Source: Octopus vulgaris
Lineage: Eukaryota
Direction: 5' to 3'
DNA: 64,000 bases
Assembly: GCA_951406725.2 (NCBI GenBank)
Contig: OX597829.1
Coordinates: forward strand, 46,004,001-46,068,000
In this document: piece after piece, positions 55,112 through 64,000 of the stretch
Position numbering within the stretch: the first letter of the stretch is position 1
How the letters are laid out: each line of letters opens with the position of its first letter
Made by a program: the position numbers and the translations under genes
The notes under the pieces: model-generated
The model's database searches: none
Seen by the model: the letters and a program-made list of their open reading frames with translations, nothing else
What the model was told of the DNA's origin: nothing

Positions 55112-55523
55112 ACTCTTTTACTCTTTTACTTGTTTCAGTCATTTGACTGCGGCCATGCTGGAGCACCGCCTTTAATCGAGCAACTCGACCCCTGGACTTA
55201 TTCTTTTGTAAGCCCAGTACTTATTCTATCGGTCTATTTTTGCCGAACCGCTAAGTAACGGGGACGTAAATACACCAGCATCGGTTGTCAAGCAATGCTA
55301 GGGGGACAAACACAGACACACAAACATACACGCACACACACATATATATACATATATACGACGGGCTTCTTTCAGTTTCCGTCTACCAAATCCACTCACA
55401 AGAGGCATTGGTCGGCCCGGGGCTATAGCAGAAGACACTTGCCCAAGGTGCCACGCAGTGGGACTGAATTCGGAACCATGTGGTTGGTTAGCAAGCTACT
55501 TACCACACAACCACTCCTGCGCC
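55112..55523 (-). mobile_element. SINE family A, full length
   Basis: Reverse complement of the family consensus. Confidence 0.9.
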
Positions 55524-55550
55524 AATAAATGTACGGTTGTAAAAAATTAA

Positions 55551-55845
55551 AAAGTTTTGAATGGTACAACAATGCATTATAATACAGACAATGGGCTATA
55601 TACCTGTTGTAATTTAACCATCCATAGTCTGATATATTCCGGAATAATATTACTTCTTCAGATATTCTTAAAAAAAAAAAAGAAAAGCCCTTTGAAAACC
55701 GATTATAGCAGTGACTCCATCTAAGAATATCTGAAGAAGGAATATTATTCTGAAATATCATATCAGACTATGGATGACTAAATTATAACAGGTATATAGC
55801 CCATTGTCTGAATTACAGTGCATTGTTGTACCATTCAAAACTTTT
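55551..55845. repeat. Inverted repeat with ~120-bp arms carrying a hammerhead-like motif
   Basis: 55551-55670 versus 55722-55845; CTGAAGA-A-GGAAT(ATT)ATTCT-GAAAT at 55731-55756. Confidence 0.85.
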
Positions 55846-55865
55846 TATTCTTTATAAATATGTGC

Positions 55866-56280
55866 AGAAAAAATTAAAATGTCCATTGGTGAATCTCTGT
55901 ATATGTACAAATCTTGTATATAAATGTACGGTGCACTCTAGGGGAGGGCCGTACGTTTACATTAGGCGACGGCTGATTCATTAAAAAATCGTTATCACAA
56001 CCAAATCGTCAGGTTCAAGAGAATCAAAAAGAGACATTCAACATCTTTGGCCGATTTTGTATGGCATCTTAAGGAAGATAAAATTAACTACAACTTGGTC
56101 CATAGTAAGGCATGCAAAACTATATAATATCATTTCCAGGAGATGCCGACTCTGCTCTGAGGAACCTCCGTCTATTCTGTGAACCAATGAGGAGATCATT
56201 AATAGAATTTCTGAGAGACTCTCAAGGTGCTCACAGGCACGTAAATGCACTTTCGCACAACGCAATGGAAATGAATTTGA
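55866..56280 (+). pseudogene. Penelope-like element GIY-YIG endonuclease remnant
   Basis: Frameshifted CPL..LC..TNLVYKCTV...VYI..TADSLKNRYHN...RHSTSLADFVWHLK...WSIV..AKLY...RCRLCSEE...NRISE...C, the typical PLE C-terminal layout. Confidence 0.85.
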
Positions 56281-56504
56281 GTAACTGTTAACATAATTCA
56301 CCTTAAGATATGGATGAATTAAATTTAGTGTTAACCTCCCCAGTCTTATGAAAACCAAGTATCTATTTAACTTGTTATGTGAACTTATATGCACCAAACC
56401 ACATGTGTGTGTGTATGCTTTCATCTTCGTGGATGTTTGTATGAGCGAGTGTATATGCGCCATACAACCTACGTGAGGGCGTTTATACATCCATGTCTGT
56501 TAGT

Positions 56505-56667
56505 GGCAGGAGTGACTGTGTGGTAAGTAGCTTGCTAACCAACCACATGGTTCCGGGTTCAGTCCCACTGCGTGGCATCTTGGGCAAGTGTCTTCTGCTA
56601 TAGCCCCGGGCCGACCAAAGCCTTGTGAGTGGATTTGGTAGACTGAAACTGAAAGAAGCCTGTCGTA

Positions 56668-56730
<63 letters not shown>

Positions 56731-56963
56731 TTGTGTGTCTGTTTTTGTCCCCCTCCTAGCATTGCTTGACAACCGATGCTGGTGTGTGTTTACGTCCCCG
56801 TCACTTAGCGGTTCGGCAAAAGAGACCGATAGAATAAGTACTGAGCTTACAAAGAATAAGTCCCGGGGTCGATTTGCTCGACTAAAGGCGGTGCTCCAGC
56901 ATAGCCGCAGTCAAATGACTGAAACAAGTAAAAGAGTAAAGAGTAAAGAGTAAAGAGTAAAGA
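56505..56963 (+). mobile_element. SINE family A, full length
   Basis: tRNA-like head, B box GGGTTCAGTCCC, (GTAAAGA)n tail. Confidence 0.92.
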
Positions 56964-57164
56964 GTGGTTATATTTAATACTTTTTTTTTCGCTGCTTTGT
57001 GTTCTTTGTTTTTGCATCTGTAATAAAGAGACGCAACTGCACCTTCAAAAGCTTCTAAAAGTAGTTGTTAAGTATCCTACCGGTGAGGAATCGATGTTAG
57101 ATTTGTAGAAACAATTGTAGGGATTAATGAAACTTCCCGTATCTTCTATCTTCCGTCTATCACC

Positions 57165-57214
<50 letters not shown>

Positions 57215-57425
57215 TCAAAAATTGTGAAGCATGACTGTCAACACTACTACATGAACCCGAAGATTGCAGAATTCAATGCATGAAAGTACTAGTTCAATCA
57301 GAATGAATATTTAACATTCTACTATTTCATTTTATTTTATTCAATTATAATATATTATCTTATAATATATCATTATAAGATTGTAAATAAAACGTGAAAA
57401 TCAGACAAGGTTGGAATTCTTTTTA

Positions 57426-57462
<37 letters not shown>

Positions 57463-57845
57463 TATTGCAGCTAGCTGCGATAAAAGAGTACTCAAGACGA
57501 TTCACGTTCCTTTTCAAAAGTTACATGTCAGCATTTCAAGGACAAATCTCCACCTTCCACACGCACACTCAAATAAGTAAATAAATATATATCAAAGTGT
57601 CCACTAGACTAACAGATATTACTGGTCATGAAGCGCTTCCTCGCATTGCTGCAGCTTTCGAATGCACATTAATGGTCACAACGCTACCTACGTGGACAGG
57701 CCAACATTTACCCTGAACGGATATCCAGTCCGTGGCAAAGTTACCCGTTTACAACTGAATATACTGGGGCAACATAGAATGAAGCGTTTTGCTCAAGAAC
57801 GCAATGTACCGTTGGTTTGGGAATCGAAGCCACGATCTTTCTACC

Positions 57846-58076
57846 TATTTCTTTACTGCCCACAAGGGGCTAAACACAGAGAGGACAAACAAGGACAGAC
57901 AAACGGATTAAGTAGATTATATCGACCCCAGTACGTAACTGGCACTTATTTAATCGACCTCGAAAGGATAAAAGGCAAAGTCGACCTCGGCGGAATTCGA
58001 ACTCAGAACGTAACGGCAGACGAAATACCGCTAAGCACTTCGCCCGGCGTGCTAACGATTCTACCAGCTCGCCACT
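57846..58076 (-). mobile_element. SINE family C inserted into an older SINE remnant
   Basis: 14-bp TSD ACGATCTTTCTACC (57832-57845 and 58077-58090). Confidence 0.9.
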
Positions 58077-58234
58077 ACGATCTTTCTACCGTGAATGCAA
58101 CACCCTAACCGCTAATACACACAATTTGTCTTTTACACACACACTCTCATACATACACACACGTACATATATATGTATGTGTGCGTATGCATGTACGTAT
58201 GCGTGTGTGTGTGGATGTGTATATGTCTGTGGAT

Positions 58235-58259
58235 ACAAATGAATACAGTTATATTTTAA

Positions 58260-58309
<50 letters not shown>

Positions 58310-58328
58310 TATAACTGTATTCATTTGT
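58235..58328. repeat. 94-bp palindrome centred on (TA)n
   Basis: ACAAATGAATACAGTTATATTTTAA ... TTAAAATATAACTGTATTCATTTGT. Confidence 0.92.
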
Positions 58329-59052
58329 TCGAGGCACACGGCCAAATTTTCTTACTACATTTTATCGATCTGAGTACAGAAACTAGTTTTATTTGAAATA
58401 GGAACTAAGAGAAAGATAAATAGAGAGAGAGAGAGAGAGAGATAAAGAGAGAGAGAAAGAGAGAAAATGATTGATTGATCAAATGAGTGAGAGAGTGAAA
58501 AAGACAGTGCAAAAGAAAGTGAGAGGGTGAGAGAGAGAGAGAAGGAGAGATTTCGTCGAATCACCAATAAATTCGTCCAAAAACCACCCGCCATGATTAT
58601 GATTTTGTAAAAATATTGATTTCTTTAGAGCAGACACAATGCCGAATTTTGATAACTGGTTGCATCGTCGACCGAGTGAAACCAATCATATTAGTTTTGC
58701 TTATTTTATCGATTATAGATAAAGCCTCCTCTTTGGAATTTAAAACCTGAATACCAAATGGATAAGACCAAACAATTCAAAACATTTACTCCGACTTTCT
58801 CAACCATTTCTGTCACACTTGCTGTCAAAATAATTTACGTTATAGATTTTTGTTCGATCTCTACCATACAAGTTTGCGAAGTGGATATATGTACAATAGA
58901 TTGATTATACACCAGGTTTTCCATTACCATTTTGTCCCAGGGTGTATTTTATCGGAATCGATTCTATTGCAAACTTTGGGTTTTGGGCTCTTACATGAGT
59001 AGAAATTCTTCGTTTACTGCCGTTAGCTTTAACCCCTTTAAATAAGGTATTC

Positions 59053-59416
59053 TTTTACTTGTTTCAGTCGTTTGATTGAGGCCATGCTGGAGCACCACCT
59101 TTGGTCGAACAAATCGACCCAAGGACTTACCCTTTGTAAGCCTAGTAGCTATTCCATCGGTCACTTTTGCTGAACCGCTAAGTTACGGGAACGTAAACAC
59201 ACCAGCATCGGTTGTCAAGCCATGGTGGGGGGACACAAACACAGACACACAAACACACACACACAAAATGCACGACAGACTTCTTTCAGTTTCCGTCTAA
59301 CAAATCCATTCACAAAGCTTTGGTCGGCTAGAGGCTATAGAAGAAGACACTTGCCCAAGGTGCCACGCAGTGGGACTGAACCTAGAACTATGTGGTTGGC
59401 AAGCAAGCTACTTACC
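59053..59416 (-). mobile_element. Diverged SINE family A
   Basis: Colinear with other copies, more substitutions. Confidence 0.85.
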
Positions 59417-59789
59417 TCACAAAAAACTATTCAAAACTATTTTGTGTATTGTAGAAGCATGATCAATTTATTGCAGATAGATTTTAACAGCAAATTCTTA
59501 TACGGACACCCAAAGGTGACATGAACCCCGGTTGAGAACCACCGAGTTAAAGGAGACAGTGTGTCACTCATATATAAGTATTAATGACCCTTATTATATC
59601 AACGTATCTGTTTATTTTACACATTATTCATACAAATTATTCCAAATTGAACTTTAGCATAGGAGAAAACCCCTCTTTTTACATTGCCCTCTTCGAAACA
59701 CACACACACACAAAATCACGTTATCAAGCAATGTGTATAATATACGATTTCAAATTCTGGGAGTTTTAGAGGATGGGAGAAATCATTAT

Positions 59790-60130
59790 TTCGACACCAG
59801 TGTTCAACTGGTACTTATTTTATAGACTCCGAAAGGTATGAAAGACAAAGTAGACCTCGGTGGCATATGAACAGAGAACTTAAAGACAGACGAAATATCT
59901 ACTTCTTTACTACCCACAAGGGGCTAAACACAGAGAGGACAAACAAGGACAGACAAAGGGATTAAGGCGATTACATTGACTCCAGTGCGTAACTGGTACT
60001 TAATTTATCGACCCCGAAAGGATGAAAGGTGAAGTCGACCTCGGCGGAATTTGAACTCAGAACGTAACGGCAGACGAAATACGGCTACGCATTTCGCCCG
60101 GCGTGCTAACGTTTCTCCCAGTTCGCCGCT
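59790..60130 (-). mobile_element. SINE family C joined to an older partial unit
   Basis: Junction GACGAAATATCTACTTCTTTAC at ~59890. Confidence 0.8.
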
Positions 60131-60303
60131 TTAAGCGACGTATAAATATACTGTAAAAACTTCCTTGCAAATTATAGAATTTAGTTGAGGAAAACTATAA
60201 ATGTCATAAACTTAGGCTTTCAAATACTCAGACAGTTGCATTTTGTATGTATGAATGTGCTGAAAATTCTATGTATAATTGGCAATACAGAAAAGAAATC
60301 CAA

Positions 60304-60376
<73 letters not shown>

Positions 60377-60439
60377 GCATATGTGTGTTTATGTATGTTT
60401 GTGTCTTGCTATATAGGTATATCTTGTTGAATAGACATT

Positions 60440-63290
60440 AGACGACTATGTGTAGATCAGTTTCGTCGCCCTGCGTACATCTCAGACAGGCTCGACCGAC
60501 AGCACGTTTGTCCTCTCGAACCAGTATTGTCCTTCGGTAACATCACGTGGATTTCTAGAAATTATCTGTGGGCTCAGGGCCGAAAATCCTTGGGAACAGA
60601 ACTACCAGTTAATTTTTATTGCTATCCAGATTTTCCTCGAGAATATCACCTCTACACCTATCACTAATCCACTAGTAGTCATTGCATGACTACTAGAGAG
60701 CTGTAGGCGCTTCAATAATTTTAGAAGCCAAGCGCTGTCTCGATCTTTGCTTGACCTAGAATTGCAGCTGGAGGAAAATGCACTTTACAAACGGCGACCA
60801 TTCACAGTCAAGGAATGTTTCAAAATATCGCAGCTTTAGTGCATTTGTATTTCAAATACAGTATACCAAGTCATCCTCTCAGCGCGTGTTGACAGCAAGT
60901 GGTATGTGGAACGTGTGTCTGCTACAAAGAACAGAAAAGCAGATGCTTCGGTCTGGTCGGGTGTGAACTAGGAATAAACTGGGATAAGGAATTACAGTCA
61001 GGCGCTAATATATAACAAATTCAATAGAAGTGTTTGCCACTTCCAATCGTCTTTCTAGGGATAGTTCTCACTTGGTTCATTTCCGGGTGGAATTGTCTAT
61101 CTTTCTTATCTTCTCACCCCAGTTCTTATTCATTTGGAAATCTGGACCGAACCGGACCCCGAGCAATTTAATCAGTGCATCAGTCCAGTGCCTTACGACA
61201 GGTTAGACGGCGTAGTCCTCTCACTCTAGGCCTGCTTATATTCTTGCTTGATTTTTACTTATGTTACCATCATTCTTTAGAGCACTATTGATCACCTCGA
61301 TATTATCTGGTATCCAACGCTACGACGGTCACGGTGTCTGCACATGCTAATGTAGATATTCTTGAAGGATGCCCTACACTGTCTCTATTTTCTGTAACAG
61401 TGATTTATGAGTTATGAAATGATGTTGAACCACCTTGAGGGATTGATGCTTAATGGTTAAATGGTTCAAGTAGAGAGCCTTTTATCGTAACCCTGCAGCA
61501 GAATGTCATTGTATATGGTGGCAATCCAACAGTGGAAAGCAGGACTGAAACCGGCTGTCGGCAGAACAGATGCAAAGTATTGGTGATTGCGTTTAGTAGA
61601 ATTATGCGCCCTAAATTATTGATAGAGTTCTCCTCGTAAGGGTTGTTTTTACCAATGCAGTTGCTTCATGATTCCTAGAACTGAATAATCGCCCGTTTTG
61701 CTGTGGTAGGTAAATGCCAAGAGAACGCCAGAGACGTTTGGCATATATAAAGCCTGTAGGGAAAACGAGCCAAACCAGACGATCTGTTTCCCATGTGTAA
61801 CTAAGCCTCTCGTCCTATATTTCTGCAATTTGTTATCATCCTTTCGCGACACTTTACTTTCCTTGCCGAAAGGTAGCTAATGAAGTTCGTCATGCGGTCC
61901 GGCCCGCCACTTTTCCCGAACATTTAAACAAGGTACCGCTAAGAACCAGCACGTGATTAAGCAACGTGCAAAATATAGCTCGCAAATAACCGAAGGTAAG
62001 TTTTGTTTCCACGATGCGCATGTCTGCCATTCGATCCGTCGAAAGGTTTTCGTTCTTTACTCTCTGAGAGCACGTAACTTTGGGTGTGGCATTGAGGCCT
62101 TTGTGTTTCGCATTGAATTGGTGAATGGCCACTCTCGCCGCGAGCGTATTGGTTGTGATACTTAGTGCTTCCTCATAAGGCTTATATTTCTTTACTACCC
62201 ACAAGGGGCTAAACACAGAGAGGACAAACAATGACAGACAAAGGGATTAAGTCGATTACATCGACCCCAGTGCGTAACTGGTACTTAATTTATCGACCCC
62301 GAAAGGATGAAAGGCAAAGTCAACCTCGGCGGAATTTGAACTCAGAATGTAACGGCAGACGAAATACGGCCACGCATTTCGCCCGGCGTGCTAACGTTTC
62401 TGCCAGCTCACCGTCTTTTCCTCATAAGGCTTCCTTTTATGCAGATTGTCTGCACCACAGCTTTATTACTAAACCTAATCGATTCTACTTTAGGGCGATT
62501 CAGTTTTACGGCGAACCACCTCTTATTATGGAGAATTATCAACGATAACTCATGCTTACCCAAATCTCTTATCCGCTGCCTGTAAGTTTGGTGCGCCGGG
62601 AACGACGCGTTCAGTTTCCAGTAATCGAGTCCTTCCCATCAAAGTCTATCTAAGTCGACCGTTTATATCAATTTACAGTCTGTGTAGTTAACAAATTTGA
62701 ATTATGAAAACATATGCTACCTTTAGCTGCAGGTATACGGGATTTATGCTATGATTCGGAGAACGCCTTACAGTTTGTCCATGTCCATATCTGCAAATTC
62801 GGGAAATTCAGATGCTACCTGTTACACTGTTGGAAACATCTGTGCATATTTGAGAGGCTTTTGCTTCTCAGTTTCCCATTGGTTAACCCGTTTATCTCGA
62901 GCTTGCATCTAAGATACTGTTCTAATCCGTCACTGGCACTAAAGAGGAGAGCATTTCGAGTGAATTCTCAGACGCCATAAGTAATCTGATCACCTCGTTC
63001 CAGTTTGAAAGTATGACTTTAACTGCTGATTACACCTAGTACCACCAAAATACTTTAGGGATTCAAGAAGACTGTCGCTTTCATGAGATCCAGTCATTTC
63101 CTAAACAACACAACAAATCCTGCTTTCGATCTCGGACGTGGCTGACGAAAATAGGTGTGAATGCTCCTAACTCAAAAACCATGGTCTTGCTGACTATCTT
63201 TACATCTATATCTAGTTACCTGAAGTCGTCGAACCGGTGTGCCTGCTTCCAAGGCAACTCTGGGTACGTACATTTATACATTCTATTCTA
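60440..63290 (-). mobile_element. Decayed Tx1-like LINE ORF2 (APE plus RT)
   Basis: Minus-strand motifs CINVR (~63283), IWTWTN, YWKLNASF (~62620), NLGRIILLNA, SIPQG, LACADT (YADD remnant), WTDALIKLLGVRFGPD, LSLERRLEVAN. Confidence 0.85.
62184..62417 (-). mobile_element. SINE family C inserted into the Tx1-like LINE
   Basis: 15-bp TSD TTCCTCATAAGGCTT (62169-62183 and 62418-62432). Confidence 0.92.
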
Positions 63291-64000
63291 AGTAAGGCCA
63301 TCTTAGGCCAAGAAAGGTAAGTGAGAAAGATTCATTTATTTTATCGTTAGGGAAAGGCAAGTATTTCGCCGTTCATACGTTTCTACTTTTGAATTGTCGC
63401 ACATTCTTTTGTTTATGGACCCCCGGAAACCTTCCATTTCGTAGAGATATTTTGTATTCAGTTGTTTATCGATTTCTTTTGTTAATTTTAGAATTTTTCC
63501 TGTTGATGTTTATTTGTTAATGTGATTAAATCGTGGAGTGGTTGCTGATGTACGTGGCTCATTAGTTCTTTGTTGTTTGTGTTTATAGCTGTGCTGTGTA
63601 TGATGCTTCTTTGCGGGTGTTCTTCATGTTGAGTCGGGGGGTCGGATGTAGGTTGGGTTATGCTAATGCTTACAATGTTGGTGGTGTCTGTGGTGTGACA
63701 GTAGTAGTAATGATGATTAAGATAATGATGGTATTGTAATTGTTGCTGGAGTTGGTATCAGAGCATCATTGTTTGTTAGTATTTATATTGGCACGTTTTT
63801 CCTATATTCATTCAACTGGTCCACTTTTGCCATTCAAATTCTTCCTTGGCACTTTCGCCACACGGCATGTCTGCGTAACCCGAAGTGAAAAGAAATACGT
63901 CTTAGTTCTGCTGTTGTTTTGTTCTTTTGTTCTGTAGTTGTTCTGAGACTTTTTGCTACATTCGTTAGTAGTGTAGAAGCTCTTGTGGGTGCTGCCTCTT

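Overview
Eukaryotic, AT-rich, microsatellite-saturated non-coding DNA. The tRNA-derived SINE families resemble those described from Octopus, so a cephalopod genome is inferred. No intact host gene is supported: almost all supplied ORFs are translations of (CA)n/(TA)n/(TACA)n/(CAT)n repeats or SINE read-throughs. The window is a mosaic of at least three SINE families, decayed Tx1-like, R4/Dong-like, RTE and CR1-like LINEs, Tc1/mariner remnants, a non-autonomous Helitron and a MITE with telomere-like repeats. The most notable component is a set of Penelope-like-element (PLE) derivatives in or next to (TA)n arrays, many arranged as inverted pairs and carrying minimal type I hammerhead-ribozyme motifs. 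The best example is a ~3.6 kb non-coding fold-back element (40803-44452) with 748-bp apparently identical inverted arms, each holding a complete hammerhead core. A GIY-YIG endonuclease remnant at ~55866-56280 supports the PLE link. Coordinates were read by eye and may be off by a few bases; no searches or folding were run.
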